The notes beneath the pieces are model-generated. The model worked only from the letters and a program-made list of their open reading frames with translations. It had not been told where the DNA came from and did no database searches. From the NCBI GenBank assembly GCA_024640685.1, contig JAHEEN010000001.1, positions 16,418 through 80,417 of the forward strand: a stretch of DNA of 64,000 bases, given 5' to 3'. This document shows, one piece after another, positions 26,083 through 37,184 of the stretch (within the stretch, counting starts at the first letter, position 1; each line of letters opens with the position of its first letter). The DNA is from Rhodospirillaceae bacterium. Its GTDB lineage: Bacteria > Pseudomonadota > Gammaproteobacteria > Steroidobacterales > Rariloculaceae. The position numbers were made by a program, and so were the translations under genes.

Positions 26083-26778
26083 CTACTCGCTGCCGATGAC
26101 GTTCGGCATGCTGCGCAGTATCGGCTGCAAATCGTCGGCAACTGTCAGCATCATGTCCTGCAGCGTCGAATGAAATGTTGCGTTGATGCGTTCGTGCGGC
26201 CGTGACGTCACGTAGTAGCTTTGTCCGGATACGAGACCGGAGTCGTACACGCGCTCGAGCACGACGTCTCCGGCCGGGTCGAACGCGCGCAGCGCCAGCT
26301 CGAATTGGATGCTCGGTGTGATGACCGTTGCGGGTATCGCCTCGAGTCCGCCGGCATCGAGCGGCCGCATCTCGACGATGTTCTGGTCGACGTATTGATC
26401 GTAGCGGTACGAGAAGTCTCTGATCTCGGGCGCAATCGCAACGACGTAACGCACGTCCGGCGGAGGGCTAGGCGCAAAGACGACGCCGTAGTTGAAATGC
26501 GATTGAAAGACGCTGGCTGCGATCTCACGCGTGATTGCGCCGATTGGCATTCTGAGCGTGACGTTCTGACCAATGAACGAGTCGGCTGTGCCCTCGTAGA
26601 CGTACTCTAAATCCGCGTTGTCCATGAGGATCAGGATTTGCGTCTCGGCTAGATAGCTCGGTATCGGATCGACGAGGTATTCCGGTTGGTACGTAACCTC
26701 GGTTGCGCAACCGACTGTGAACGACGCTAATGCAGCGATGGCTAGGCGGCGAATGAGCACACGCACCTCAGCTGACAA
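26083..26778 (-). CDS. hypothetical lipoprotein
   Basis: 231 aa with LAIAALASFTVGC (lipobox). No recognisable domain. It is co-oriented with the tandem binding protein and lies 128 nt upstream of it. Confidence 0.6.
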   Translation of the reverse strand: MSAEVRVLIRRLAIAALASFTVGCATEVTYQPEYLVDPIPSYLAETQILILMDNADLEYVYEGTADSFIGQNVTLRMPIGAITREIAASVFQSHFNYGVVFAPSPPPDVRYVVAIAPEIRDFSYRYDQYVDQNIVEMRPLDAGGLEAIPATVITPSIQFELALRAFDPAGDVVLERVYDSGLVSGQSYYVTSRPHERINATFHSTLQDMMLTVADDLQPILRSMPNVIGSE

Positions 26779-26878
26779 TGGGGCCTGCCCCGATACCCGT
26801 CGAGCCTAGCACGGCTTGGCCGCATTGGGACATAGGTTCGCGTGTTAAGCTCAGCGGACGAGTCAGTAGGAGCGATTC

Positions 26879-27307
26879 TTGGAGACTGTGCGGAATCGGT
26901 CGCGGTGCCTTGCGGCTTTGGCGCTTCTCTCGGGGCTAGCGGCATCGCCTGCTCTCGCACAGCTCGACGACCGCGTGCCCAAGCAGGTCGATCTAATCAT
27001 CGAATCGTACGGCCTCATTGCATCGAATATACGCGCGAGCACGTTCCATGAGTTTCAATTCAAAGCGCAGGAGCGCCTCGATCGATCGCGCGTAGGCGAT
27101 GCCGTGATCGTCGTCGTGACGAATCAGCGCATCATCGCCTACGGCGTCGGCAGCGGTTGGCGTGCCGTACCGCGCATCGCCCGCGAGCGCGTCGAGCGCG
27201 TCGAGGCCGAAGACTATGCCGGGCTCGTCGTCTCGAATCGACGTTTCCTGAACTTCAACGGTGAGTCGGGCATCTGGGGCGAGCGCGACCGCCGGGCTGG
27301 TAAGTAA
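26879..27307 (+). CDS. hypothetical secreted protein
   Basis: 142 aa with a TTG start (an alternative GTG lies 9 nt downstream). The signal peptide is CLAALALLSGLAASPALAQ. No recognisable domain. It is divergent from the lipoprotein gene. Confidence 0.5.
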   Translation: METVRNRSRCLAALALLSGLAASPALAQLDDRVPKQVDLIIESYGLIASNIRASTFHEFQFKAQERLDRSRVGDAVIVVVTNQRIIAYGVGSGWRAVPRIARERVERVEAEDYAGLVVSNRRFLNFNGESGIWGERDRRAGK

Positions 27308-27367
27308 CTGACGCGTCGCCCGATCCTGCGCCACGCTTGCGGGCCGCCGAGCATAGCCAGAATCTTC

Positions 27368-28108
27368 TTAGCTGCCGTCTCGATATCGGTCGACAAAGCG
27401 CCGCAGCAACAAATGGGCATGCGGCGTTTGCTCGTGCGCGACCGATGCGTTCAGCGCGGCGGCCGCTTCGGGCGCGAAATAGCCGTGATGCTTGTACGCA
27501 TCGATGCGGACGCGAAACTCCTCGGGGTCCGCTTCCGGGTGAAACTGCGTCGCGTAGACGTTTGTGCCGAGGCGAAACATCTGCACCGGGCAGCTATCGG
27601 ACGTCGCGAGCAGCACGGATCCCGGTGGCACGTCGTCGCAGGCCTCCTTGTGGCCAACCAAAGCGCGAAACGTTTCGGGTATGCCAGAGAGCAGCGGATC
27701 GTTCGAGCCCTCGGGTGTCAGACGCACATCGACGCCGCCGACGGGCTCGGCATACCGAGACGATATGTTTGCTCCGCAAAATCGGCCCAAAAGCCCGTTG
27801 CCGGAGCACGCGCCGAGAAATGGAAAGTCTGCGGCCACGATCCGCTCAAATAGCGCCATGAAGCTCGCTTCGAGATTGCGTTGCAGTGACGACTTATCGC
27901 TCTCGGGCGTGCTGACGTCGAAAGGGCTGCCGCCGACGATGATCGCGGAATAATCATCGAGCTCGATCGTCGGCACGCCGTCGCGCTCGGCGCGCGCACG
28001 CACGACCTCGTCGTCTGCCAGCCCGCCATAACGCACGATTGAGTGTAGCTCGCTGTCGGCGACGACGTCTTCCGGCCGTAGCTGCACGATCAGAAATGGC
28101 TTCGACAT
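27368..28108 (-). CDS. class I glutamine amidotransferase domain protein
   Basis: MSKPFLIVQLRPED... with the nucleophile elbow FLGACSGNGLL and ATQFHPE (His-Glu). The internal ATG of track ORF 27368..28273 is used. Confidence 0.8.
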   Translation of the reverse strand: MSKPFLIVQLRPEDVVADSELHSIVRYGGLADDEVVRARAERDGVPTIELDDYSAIIVGGSPFDVSTPESDKSSLQRNLEASFMALFERIVAADFPFLGACSGNGLLGRFCGANISSRYAEPVGGVDVRLTPEGSNDPLLSGIPETFRALVGHKEACDDVPPGSVLLATSDSCPVQMFRLGTNVYATQFHPEADPEEFRVRIDAYKHHGYFAPEAAAALNASVAHEQTPHAHLLLRRFVDRYRDGS

Positions 28109-28175
28109 CAAGAGCTTCGAATCGGCGCCTGACGCGGTCGTCGGCTGCTTACGGCTGGCTCGCTGACTGCCGACG

Positions 28176-28709
28176 CTACGCGCCGCCGGACCGCGGTACG
28201 AGGTCGGCCTTGTAGCGTTTCGCTCGGGCCACGTAGTGCTCGCAAATCCATTCGAGCTGCACGACCTCTTCATCCGTCACATCGCGCAGTCGTCGTGCTG
28301 GCGCACCGATGAGCAGCGACCGATCGGGGAATTCCTTGCCTTCGGTAATCAGGGCTTGTGCGCCGACGATGCTCTGGCGGCCGATAACGGCATCGGACAG
28401 GATCGTCGCGCCCATGCCGATCAGTGAGCCCGCGCCGACGCGGCAGCCGTGAACCGTCGCCGAATGTCCGACGTTGACGCCGGCGCCGAGGACCGTTGGC
28501 GATCCGGCATCGACGTGGAACACGGAGCCGTCCTGAATATTGCAGCGGTCGCCGATCTCGATGCGATCGTTGTCGCCGCGTAGCACGACGTTGAACCAAA
28601 TGCTGACGTCCCGGCCAAGGATGACGTTGCCGATCACGGCGGAATTCGGTGCGACGAAATATTCGTCGCCGACAGTTTGGACGCGGTCGTCCCCGAGATC
28701 GAATAGCAT
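28176..28709 (-). CDS. gamma-carbonic anhydrase family / left-handed beta-helix (YrdA/PaaY-like) protein
   Basis: MLFDLGDDRVQTVGDEYFVAPNSAVIGNVILGRDVSIWFNVVLRGDNDRIEIGDRCNIQDGSVFH shows hexapeptide repeats. This is the 3' third of track ORF 28176..29639. Confidence 0.85.
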   Translation of the reverse strand: MLFDLGDDRVQTVGDEYFVAPNSAVIGNVILGRDVSIWFNVVLRGDNDRIEIGDRCNIQDGSVFHVDAGSPTVLGAGVNVGHSATVHGCRVGAGSLIGMGATILSDAVIGRQSIVGAQALITEGKEFPDRSLLIGAPARRLRDVTDEEVVQLEWICEHYVARAKRYKADLVPRSGGA

Positions 28710-28714
28710 GGTTG

Positions 28715-30364
28715 TTATTCCTTGGTTTTCTGGAGCTGGCTGCAAGCATAGCGCAACGCATCGAGGCGTCGCCTGAACCGCAAGCAACGCCGCAATGCGC
28801 TCGTCATGCCGTAACGAATGAACGAACGGACCACGGTACGCCGCAGCCCGGTCAAGATCACGAATGCATCGGCGTCGATCGCGCGATCGATGATGCTGCC
28901 GAGCGCGAGTGCCGCGCTGTCGTCGACATGCGGGACGTCGCTGAAGTCGAGGATGACGCCTTCGTAGTCGCGTGTTGCAGCGAGACGCCGAGTCAGGCCG
29001 TTTGCGGCGCCGAACGTCATCGGGCCGCCGAGATGGATCAGCAGCACGTCGTCGGAGCACGGTGCGAAGGCCTCGCGCTCGACGGCATCGAGTCCGGGTG
29101 CGCGATCGGGGTCGGAACTGAGTTGGACCGACTCGAGTTGCAAATCGGTCATGCGCTTGACGAGCAGCAGACTCGCCATGATCACGCCGACCGCGACTGC
29201 CGCAACGACGCTGACGAATACTGCCATGACCCAAACGACGATCATGATGACGACGCTGCTGCGCGGCGCCCATTTGAAGCGTTGGATGTAGCCCCAGTCG
29301 ACGATGCCGATGCCGATATAGAGCAGGATGCCTGCGAGCACTGCCGATGGAATGAGCTGAATCAGTCCACCGGCAACGAGCAGCATTGTGAGCAGCAGCC
29401 CTGAGTGGATCAAGGCCGATAACGGTGTCGTCCCGCCCGCGCGGATATTGACCATCGTTCGTGACGTCGCGCCCGCGCCGGGGATGACGCCGACCAGTCC
29501 CGCGAACAAGTTCCCGATACCCTGTCCCATGAGCTCGTTGTTGGAATCGTGGAATCGCTGCGTGGCAGTGTCCGCCGCCATCGAAGTCAGTAGGCTCTCG
29601 AGCGAGCTGATTAATGCAAGTACCGTGGAAGCGATCCAAACGTCACCCCAGCGAAGCTCCGCTAGCGGCGGCCAGGCGGGACTCGGCAACAACGACTCCG
29701 GGCGCGCGAGGCGCGGCAAGTCGAGATTGAGATACGCGACGATCAGCGTGCCGAGCACGAGCGCCAGCAGCTCGGCCGGCACGACTGTGCGGATGTGCTT
29801 GGGCGTCATGTAGCAGACGGCCATCGTCGCGGCCGCGACGAGAACGGTCATCGGGTTGCCGTCGCTCAAGCTTTGTGGAAACGCGGCCGCGGCGCTGACG
29901 GTGTCGCTGACGCCGGGTTGGCCGAGCAGCGGGTTGAGCTGCATGACGATGATGATGCAGCCGACACCGGACGCGAAGCCTGCGAGCACGGGCGCCGGGA
30001 TCAGGCTGATGTAGGGGCCGAGGCGCAGCGCGCCGAACGCGATCTGCATCAGGCCGGCGAGCATGACAACGGCCATCGCTGCGCCGGGCTGGTCGGCAAA
30101 GCTTGCGAACACGCTCGCCATGACGATTGCCATCGGTCCGGTTGGGCCTGCGATCTGGGTCGGTGTGCCGCCAAACAGCGCCGCAAACAGGCCTGTGAAG
30201 ATCGCGCAGTAGATGCCCGCAACGGGCCCCGCGTTCGATACGACGCCGAACGCGAGGCCGAGCGGCAACGCGACAGCGGCTGCAGCGATGCCGCCGCGCA
30301 GATCGGCTCGCCAGTGATTCAGCGAGATCGCGTTCAGTGCGGGATACTGGAAGAGCGGCTTCAA
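28715..30364 (-). CDS. SulP-family anion transporter with C-terminal STAS domain
   Basis: 549 aa with a multi-span core (GIAAAAVALPLGLAFGVVSNAGP, FGGTPTQIAGPTGPMAIVM) and a STAS tail (LLIHLGGPMTFGAANGL...ILDFSDVPHVDDSA). Its stop lies 5 nt before the gamma-CA-like start. Confidence 0.9.
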   Translation of the reverse strand: MKPLFQYPALNAISLNHWRADLRGGIAAAAVALPLGLAFGVVSNAGPVAGIYCAIFTGLFAALFGGTPTQIAGPTGPMAIVMASVFASFADQPGAAMAVVMLAGLMQIAFGALRLGPYISLIPAPVLAGFASGVGCIIIVMQLNPLLGQPGVSDTVSAAAAFPQSLSDGNPMTVLVAAATMAVCYMTPKHIRTVVPAELLALVLGTLIVAYLNLDLPRLARPESLLPSPAWPPLAELRWGDVWIASTVLALISSLESLLTSMAADTATQRFHDSNNELMGQGIGNLFAGLVGVIPGAGATSRTMVNIRAGGTTPLSALIHSGLLLTMLLVAGGLIQLIPSAVLAGILLYIGIGIVDWGYIQRFKWAPRSSVVIMIVVWVMAVFVSVVAAVAVGVIMASLLLVKRMTDLQLESVQLSSDPDRAPGLDAVEREAFAPCSDDVLLIHLGGPMTFGAANGLTRRLAATRDYEGVILDFSDVPHVDDSAALALGSIIDRAIDADAFVILTGLRRTVVRSFIRYGMTSALRRCLRFRRRLDALRYACSQLQKTKE

Positions 30365-30371
30365 CGCCCCG

Positions 30372-31145
30372 TCATGACTGCTTGGCTTGATTCGCTACGG
30401 CTTGTGCCGCCGCCGCGATCGCGTCGGCATCGCCGAGATACGCGGCATGAGTGGGTCGAAGATCGGCATCGAGCTCGTAGACACGCGGCACACCGGTCGG
30501 AATGTTGAACTCGACGATCTCTTGCTCGGAAATACCTTCGAGCATCTTCGCGAGCGCTCGCAAGCTGTTACCGTGCGCCGCGACGAGCACATCATTGCCG
30601 GCTCTGAGCTCCGGCGCGATGCGCGACTCCCAGTACGGCGCGACGCGCTCGAGCGTGGTTTTCAGCGACTCGGTAGCGGGCAGGTCGGTCGGATCCAGCT
30701 TTCGATACCGGGGATCGTGACTCGGGTGACGCTCGTCGGTCGGCTCCAGCGGCGGCGGCGGAATGTCATAGCTGCGTCGCCAGATTTTCACTTGTGCATC
30801 GCCGTATTGCGCGGCCGTCTCGGCCTTGTTGAGCCCTTGCAACGCGCCGTAGTGGCGTTCGTTGAGCCGCCAGCTTCGTTCCACCGGAATCCACATGCGA
30901 TCCATCTCACTGAGGACGATCCACAGTGTGCGAATTGCCCGCGTCAGCACAGATGTGAACGCGATATCGAAGTCGAAGCCCTCCGCCTGGAGCGTTCGTC
31001 CGGCGAGGGTTGCCTCCTGTACGCCTTGCTCGGTCAAGTCGACATCGGTCCAGCCGGTGAAGAGATTCTTGAGGTTCCAGTCGCTTTGGCCGTGTCGGAG
31101 GAGGACCAGTCGTCCCGGGCGGTTGCCCTGTGTCGTATCGTTCAT
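30372..31145 (-). CDS. gpmA: 2,3-bisphosphoglycerate-dependent phosphoglycerate mutase
   Basis: [38 protein letters not shown]...ERHYGALQG...[11 protein letters not shown]. The internal ATG of track ORF 30372..31361 is used. Confidence 0.95.
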   Translation of the reverse strand: MNDTTQGNRPGRLVLLRHGQSDWNLKNLFTGWTDVDLTEQGVQEATLAGRTLQAEGFDFDIAFTSVLTRAIRTLWIVLSEMDRMWIPVERSWRLNERHYGALQGLNKAETAAQYGDAQVKIWRRSYDIPPPPLEPTDERHPSHDPRYRKLDPTDLPATESLKTTLERVAPYWESRIAPELRAGNDVLVAAHGNSLRALAKMLEGISEQEIVEFNIPTGVPRVYELDADLRPTHAAYLGDADAIAAAAQAVANQAKQS

Positions 31146-31234
31146 GGTGCGTATTGTTCGGAATTCGTGCGACAACCGCAATTGTGGGCGGCGCAGAAAG
31201 CTGCGCCGGAGCAAAAAATCGGGGCGCGAAGCGG

Positions 31235-34200
31235 CTAACCGAGCCGCCCGATCTCCTTGATTGCCACGGAGACCGTCACGAAGTCGGCATCGCTGCGGGC
31301 ATCGATTTCCTGCAGAATTCTGCTCAATCGCTCGATCGATGCGGCGTGCCGCTCGAGCCAATCGAGCAGCGCGGCTCGCGGCGACTTCGTTTTGCGTTGG
31401 GCAAGGATCCGGCCGGCCAGCTCGCGATGGTGTCGCGATAGATCGTGGCGCAACGTATCTTGCGCGACCGTCTGCCAGCGATCGCTGACACCGAGCTCGT
31501 CGATCTTGCGGTCGATGCGGTCGATTTGGAGGCTTTGGCCGAGGTCGAAGTAGATGCGCGCGGTATCGGTGAGATCGACACTGTGCGCGTCGACGAGATT
31601 GATGATGTCGAGAATCGCCGTCGTCGCTGTGAGCCCCGCGACACGCGCCGCAAGCGAGCGCTCGACGCCGAGCTGCTGGAGCTCGTCGATCATCGCTCGG
31701 CGCTGACGACGGCCGCGGCCGGAGTCGACTTCCTGAAGTCGTTGGAGCAACGTTGCGGCGACCGGCTTCATCGCATCGATCGTGCGGCGGACGTCGCGGA
31801 GTCGCGACTGTCGAGTCAGCAGCCAGTGAACGCCGTGACGCAGCCTGCGCATCACGTGAAACATTAGCTCGTACTGCAGAGCGGTCGAGATTGTGCGATC
31901 CGCTGCATCGATGTCAGTCCAGGTTTCCCGAATCGAGAAGACATCCCGCACGATCACAAAGGCGCGTACGACGTCGTCGATCGCAACGCCGGTATCCTCG
32001 CTGGTGCGAAACGCGAATGCCGGGCCCATGCGGTTGACGATTTGATTGGCAATGCGCATCGCGACGATTTCGCGGTGTAAGCGATGTTGCGGTATCTGAT
32101 CGGCGTAGCGTTCTCGGAGTCGACGCGGAAAATAGTTCGTGAGCTCATTGTCGAAGTACGCGTCATCGGGCAGACGCGAGTCGACGATGTCCTCGGTCAG
32201 CACGAGCTTGGCGTAGCTGAAAATTACCGCTAGCTCCGGTCGTGTCAGCCCATTGCCGGTCCCGGCTCGTTCGTTGAGCTCCTCATCGCTCGGCAGCGCT
32301 TCGAGCTTGCGGTTCAACCGGCCACGACGCTCTAAGTTCCGAATGAGCTCGGCCTGCTGGCCGAGTCGTTCGGTGCTGTGCGCGCTCAGTACGCTGAGTG
32401 CCAGCGCTTGAGCGTAGTTGCTCTCGAGCACTAGGTCGATCAACTCGTCGGTCATGCCCTTGAGAAGGCGGTTGCGCTGCGAGGACTGGAGGGCCTCGTT
32501 TTGGATCAGCTGGGCGAGCAGGATCTTGATGTTGACCTCGCGGTCGGATGAATCGACGCCGCCGGCATTGTCGATGAAATCCGCGTTGACGCGGCCGCCA
32601 CGTAACGCAAATTCGATTCGGGCGCGTTGCGTGAGCCCTAGGTTACCGCCCTCGGCCACTAGCTTGCAGCGCAGCTCTGTCGCATCGATACGCACGGCAT
32701 CGTTCGCCGGGTCGCCGGCGTCCGCATGGCTCTGTGTCGACGCCTTGACGTAGGTGCCGACACCGCCGTTCCACAGCAGTTCGACAGGGGCGCGCAAAAT
32801 CGCCTTGATGAGCTCAGGCGGCGTGAGCTTCGCTTGCTCGACGCCGAGCATTTGCTGCGCGTTCGGGTGGATCTCGATCGACTTCGACTGCCGCGAATAG
32901 ATGCTGCCACCTTCGGACAAGGCGGCCGGTGAGTAGTCCTCCCAGCTCGACGTCGCGAGCTCGAACAAGCGTCTGCGCTCGGCGAAGCTCGCCGCCGGAT
33001 CGGGATCGGGGTCGATGAAAATGTGACGATGATTGAAGGCCGCGAGCAGTTTGACGTGCGGCGATAGCAGCAAGCCGTTGCCGAAGACGTCGCCGCTCAT
33101 ATCGCCGATGCCGATCGCCGTGAACGAGTCGCAGGCTGGGTCGATGCCAATCTCTCGAAAATGGCGCTTTACCGACTCCCATGCGCCGCGGGCCGTGATG
33201 CCCATTTTTTTGTGGTCATAACCGGCGGAGCCGCCAGATGCGAACGCATCGCCGAGCCAAAACCCGTAGTCGGCGGCAATCGCGTTGGCACGATCCGAGA
33301 ACGTTGCCGTGCCTTTGTCAGCTGCGACAACGAGATAGGGATCGTCGCCGTCGCGGCGCACGACGCGCTCGGGGCCGACGACGCCGTCGTCCAAGAAATT
33401 GTCGGTCACGTCGAGTAATCCGCTAACGAACATGTCGTAGCACGCGACGACCTCGGCTTGTATCGCGTCGCGGTCACCCGAAGGCAGGCGCTTGCAGACG
33501 AACCCACCCTTGGCGCCGTTTGGAACGATGATCGTATTTTTGACCTGCTGCGCCTTCATCAGCCCGAGGATCTCGGTGCGAAAGTCTTCGCGGCGCTCCG
33601 ACCAGCGCAGTCCGCCTCGTGCGATCCTGCCGCCGCGCAGATGCACGCCCTCGAGCCGCGGTGAGAAAACGAATATCTCGAACATCGGTCGCGGTTCCGG
33701 CAGCTCCGCGATCGCGCTCGGATCGAGTTTCACCGCGAGGTAAGGTTTTGGCTCGCCGTTCGATAGTTGATAGAAGTTCGTGCGCAGCGTCGCATTCACC
33801 ATGCCGAGAAACGCGCGCATGATCCTGTCCTCGTCCAAGCTCGAGGCGCGGTCGAGTGCGGCTGTAATCGTTCGATCGATCTTCTCGAGGCGCGAGTTGC
33901 GAGCTTGCGTAGAAACGTCGGGATCGAAATGCGCGTGAAATTTGTCGATGAGCGCGCGCGTGAACTCAGCGTCGCGTGCCAGGACTTGCTGCATGTACTC
34001 TAGACTAAATCGCGTTCCCGCCTGTAACTGATGCTTTGCGTAAGCGCGCAGCACGACGGTGTCGCGCCATTCGACGCCGCACCACAACACGAACGCGTTG
34101 AATCGGTCTATCTCGCAGCGGCCGTCGAGCGACGCCTCGAAGCACGCAGTGAAGCGTCGCTCGAGAGACTCGGCGTTGACGATATCCGAGTCGGGCGCGG

Positions 34201-36037
34201 CAAGATCGAACTCCTGGACGAAGGCCGTGTATGGCTCCAGCTCGAGCTGATAGACGCGCTCGCTGTGCACATCGACGCCCATGCGCTCGAGAATCGGCGC
34301 CGCCGTGAACAGCGGAATAGGCTCATCGAGGCGGCGGATGCGAAACACGAGCCGGTCCGACTCGCGATCGTCGAGAAGCGCCATTGCGTTCGACGCCTCG
34401 CGATCCAATAGCGCATCGATGGCCTCGATGTCGTTGACGGCGGCAGCGGGCTCGATCTCATCTTGGTAGCTCGCCGGGAAGGCGCCCGAGAAGCGCTGCA
34501 GGAGCTCTAGCGCTCGTGTCTCTTCGAATCGCTCGAGCAGTGTCGATCTGAGTCTCTCGTCCCAGTTCGTGACGGCTTCGCTGATCTCGGCTTCGAGCGC
34601 TCGCAGTGGCGGAATCTCCCCGATGTTGCTAGCGCACCGTATCGTCGCTTCGACGCGCGCGAGTATCGACTCGGAGATAGTGACTTTCGATTCGATATGC
34701 TCGGCGGAGAAACGTTCGAGCAGTATCTGTTCGATGCGCCGGCGTACTTTGGCTGTGTAGTGATCTCTCGGGAGGTACACGAAACACGAGAAAAACCGGC
34801 TCAGTGCATCGCGACGGCAGAAGACACGAACTTGACGCCGTTCCTGGAGATCGAGGATTCCGAAACTGATCCGGGCAAGATCGGAGATCGATATCTGAAA
34901 CAAGTCGTCGCGTGGCAGCGTATCGAGAATATGCTGCAGCGCTTTGCCGCGGTGACCTTTCGGGTCGACACTGGATTCGCGCATGACCGCTGCGACCTTG
35001 AGACGCAGCATCGGAATATCGAGCGGCCGCTCGTTGTAGACCGTCGATGTGAACAGACCCACGAAGCGGTCGACGCCGATCGGGTTGCCGCGCTCGCCGA
35101 AGCACTTCACGCTGATTTGGTCCATGTAGGCCGAACGGTGCACGGTCGATCGATTACGCGATTTTGTAATCAATAGCGGCAGCCGCGCGCGTGCCGCGCG
35201 CTGATCGCCGCCGACGAGGTCGAGTCGATGCGCCGGTCGTTCGGCGTCGTCGCGCAAAATGCCGAGTCCCGTGCCTGCAACTGGAACGAGGGCGTCTTTG
35301 CGCTTGCCTCTGCGGAGGCTATAGCGTCGATAGCCGAGCAACGTGAAATGATCGTCGGCCAACCAATCGATCAGCGCCGCCGCCTCGTCGCTCTGCTCCG
35401 ATCGGCGCTGCGCCTGACGCACGTGCTCGCCCGCTTCGCGCAAGACGGACAGCATCTGTGGCCAATCGTCCACGGCCGCTCGCACATCGGCCAGTGTCAA
35501 AGTCAGCGCTGCTTCGATGCGAGCCAGATCCGACTCATCGAGCTCTTTGCCGATCTCTATCTGAATATAGGACTCGAAACGCTCGTAGTGACGCGCGCCG
35601 CGGGCTGCGAGGCCGGATAGCATCCCTCGGCGCGTGCGCTTAGCACTGAGCAATGGGTGCATCATGCGATGGACGCTGCGGCCGAGCTCGTTCAAGCGCA
35701 TCGTCATCGAGTCGATCAGGAACGGCATATTGTCGTTGACGGCCTGAATAATTGTGTGATCGGAGCTCCAGCCGTCGCGCTTCGGGTCGGGATTGAAGAT
35801 ACGCAGCTTCGCGCGGCCGGGAGTCCTGCGCCGGCCCCAGCTCAAGTGGCTCAGGATTGCAGTCGCGAGATATTCGGGCTCGGCTGACAGGAGGTCGTTT
35901 TCGGAGACGTCCTCGCAATAGGCGCGCAGAACCGCGGCTCTTTGGCCGGGCAACGGGCCCGGATCGCGGCCGCGGCGTGCGCTGGCAATGATCGCCGTGA
36001 TTTGGTCGCGGCTTTGCTTTGAAAGTGTGCGTGGCAT
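31235..36037 (-). CDS. gdhB: NAD-specific glutamate dehydrogenase, large (~180 kDa) class
   Basis: 1600 aa with a central catalytic block ([51 protein letters not shown]). The length and architecture are typical of the large GDH family. Confidence 0.95.
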   Translation of the reverse strand: MPRTLSKQSRDQITAIIASARRGRDPGPLPGQRAAVLRAYCEDVSENDLLSAEPEYLATAILSHLSWGRRRTPGRAKLRIFNPDPKRDGWSSDHTIIQAVNDNMPFLIDSMTMRLNELGRSVHRMMHPLLSAKRTRRGMLSGLAARGARHYERFESYIQIEIGKELDESDLARIEAALTLTLADVRAAVDDWPQMLSVLREAGEHVRQAQRRSEQSDEAAALIDWLADDHFTLLGYRRYSLRRGKRKDALVPVAGTGLGILRDDAERPAHRLDLVGGDQRAARARLPLLITKSRNRSTVHRSAYMDQISVKCFGERGNPIGVDRFVGLFTSTVYNERPLDIPMLRLKVAAVMRESSVDPKGHRGKALQHILDTLPRDDLFQISISDLARISFGILDLQERRQVRVFCRRDALSRFFSCFVYLPRDHYTAKVRRRIEQILLERFSAEHIESKVTISESILARVEATIRCASNIGEIPPLRALEAEISEAVTNWDERLRSTLLERFEETRALELLQRFSGAFPASYQDEIEPAAAVNDIEAIDALLDREASNAMALLDDRESDRLVFRIRRLDEPIPLFTAAPILERMGVDVHSERVYQLELEPYTAFVQEFDLAAPDSDIVNAESLERRFTACFEASLDGRCEIDRFNAFVLWCGVEWRDTVVLRAYAKHQLQAGTRFSLEYMQQVLARDAEFTRALIDKFHAHFDPDVSTQARNSRLEKIDRTITAALDRASSLDEDRIMRAFLGMVNATLRTNFYQLSNGEPKPYLAVKLDPSAIAELPEPRPMFEIFVFSPRLEGVHLRGGRIARGGLRWSERREDFRTEILGLMKAQQVKNTIIVPNGAKGGFVCKRLPSGDRDAIQAEVVACYDMFVSGLLDVTDNFLDDGVVGPERVVRRDGDDPYLVVAADKGTATFSDRANAIAADYGFWLGDAFASGGSAGYDHKKMGITARGAWESVKRHFREIGIDPACDSFTAIGIGDMSGDVFGNGLLLSPHVKLLAAFNHRHIFIDPDPDPAASFAERRRLFELATSSWEDYSPAALSEGGSIYSRQSKSIEIHPNAQQMLGVEQAKLTPPELIKAILRAPVELLWNGGVGTYVKASTQSHADAGDPANDAVRIDATELRCKLVAEGGNLGLTQRARIEFALRGGRVNADFIDNAGGVDSSDREVNIKILLAQLIQNEALQSSQRNRLLKGMTDELIDLVLESNYAQALALSVLSAHSTERLGQQAELIRNLERRGRLNRKLEALPSDEELNERAGTGNGLTRPELAVIFSYAKLVLTEDIVDSRLPDDAYFDNELTNYFPRRLRERYADQIPQHRLHREIVAMRIANQIVNRMGPAFAFRTSEDTGVAIDDVVRAFVIVRDVFSIRETWTDIDAADRTISTALQYELMFHVMRRLRHGVHWLLTRQSRLRDVRRTIDAMKPVAATLLQRLQEVDSGRGRRQRRAMIDELQQLGVERSLAARVAGLTATTAILDIINLVDAHSVDLTDTARIYFDLGQSLQIDRIDRKIDELGVSDRWQTVAQDTLRHDLSRHHRELAGRILAQRKTKSPRAALLDWLERHAASIERLSRILQEIDARSDADFVTVSVAIKEIGRLG

Positions 36038-36086
36038 CGAACGTCAGGCGCCTCGGTCGAGATTACCAGGAATATGTGTCGCTGAC

Positions 36087-37184
36087 CTAGGGGATATGCG
36101 CGGCCGCCAAATAATCATGGCTCTGCATCTCCTCGAGGCGGCTCTGTGTGCGCTGAAACTCGAATCGCAAGCGCTTACCCGCATAGAGCTCTGCGACGGA
36201 AGCGGCAGCCGACAGAATTAGCTTGACGCGGCGATCGTAAAATTCATCGACGAGCGCGATGAACCGCCTTGCTTGATTCTCCGTTAGCTTCGTGAATTGC
36301 GGAACGTTTGAGATCAGCACCGTGTGATAGCAACGCGAAAGCTCGATGTAATCCTGTTGGCTGCGCGGACCGTCGCAGATATCGTCGAACTGGAACCAGA
36401 CAACGCCGTCGGCATCGCGTTTCGACTCGATCTCCCGGCCGAGCACGTCGATCGGCGAGCCGCTCGTCCCTTCGTTTGGCGCAATAGCCTCGAAGTACTC
36501 CGCTAGCTTCTGTTCCGCCGAGTGTCCGAGTGGAGTCTGGAACACGTCGGCTCGCTCGAGCACGCGGAGCCTGAAGTCCAACGGTCCGTCGAGCCGAACG
36601 ACCCGCGTATGAGCTTCGATCAGCCGGATCGCCGGCAGGAAACGTTGCCTCTGCAGACCATCTTTGTAGAGCTCGCCCGGCTGCACATTCGATGTCGCAA
36701 CGAGCGTAACGTTGCGCGCGAACAACGCGGCGAATAGGTTTCCGAGGATCATCGCATCGGCGATGTCCGCGACCGCAAACTCGTCGAAGCAAATGATTCG
36801 CGCTTCGCTTGCGACGAGATCCGCAACGTGCTCGAGTGGATCGCTATGGCGTCGAAATTTCTTGAGGTCATCGTGCGTCGAGCGCATGAATCGATGGAAG
36901 TGCTGGCGACGCTTGTCGGCGAACGGCAGGTTCTCGAAAAACAGATCCATCAAGAACGTCTTGCCGCGGCCTACCGGCCCGCACAAGTAGATGCCTTTGA
37001 CGGGCTCACGCGCGCGGCCGAGCCAGCGAGCGACTCGGGCCGTGAAGCCATGCGGCAACGGGCCGGCCTCGAGCAATGCATCGTAGACGCCTTGCAGTGC
37101 CTCGACCGCATTGGCTTGATGCTCGTCGCGCGCAATTTCGCCATCCGCGACGAGCTGCGCATACTCGTCGGCCGGTGTCATCAT
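36087..37184 (-). CDS. zapE: cell division protein ZapE (AFG1-like ATPase)
   Basis: 365 aa with Walker A (GPVGRGKTFLMD), Walker B (IICFDEF) and DEFYDRRVKL. Confidence 0.9.
   Translation of the reverse strand: MMTPADEYAQLVADGEIARDEHQANAVEALQGVYDALLEAGPLPHGFTARVARWLGRAREPVKGIYLCGPVGRGKTFLMDLFFENLPFADKRRQHFHRFMRSTHDDLKKFRRHSDPLEHVADLVASEARIICFDEFAVADIADAMILGNLFAALFARNVTLVATSNVQPGELYKDGLQRQRFLPAIRLIEAHTRVVRLDGPLDFRLRVLERADVFQTPLGHSAEQKLAEYFEAIAPNEGTSGSPIDVLGREIESKRDADGVVWFQFDDICDGPRSQQDYIELSRCYHTVLISNVPQFTKLTENQARRFIALVDEFYDRRVKLILSAAASVAELYAGKRLRFEFQRTQSRLEEMQSHDYLAAAHIP

Noticed and set aside
28710-29639. N-terminal 310 aa of track ORF 28176..29639 and similar long N-terminal extensions (4927..6588, 8354..10480, 37181..39535, 58053..59312)
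   Set aside because: The extensions overlap neighbouring real genes or are low-complexity. Internal starts give proteins of the family-typical length with proper N-termini.
31146-31234. Hairpin CGGCGCAG-aaag-CTGCGCCG with an adjacent A/T run downstream of the GDH gene, considered as a terminator
   Set aside because: On the transcribed (minus) strand the T run precedes the hairpin rather than following it, so it does not have intrinsic-terminator geometry.
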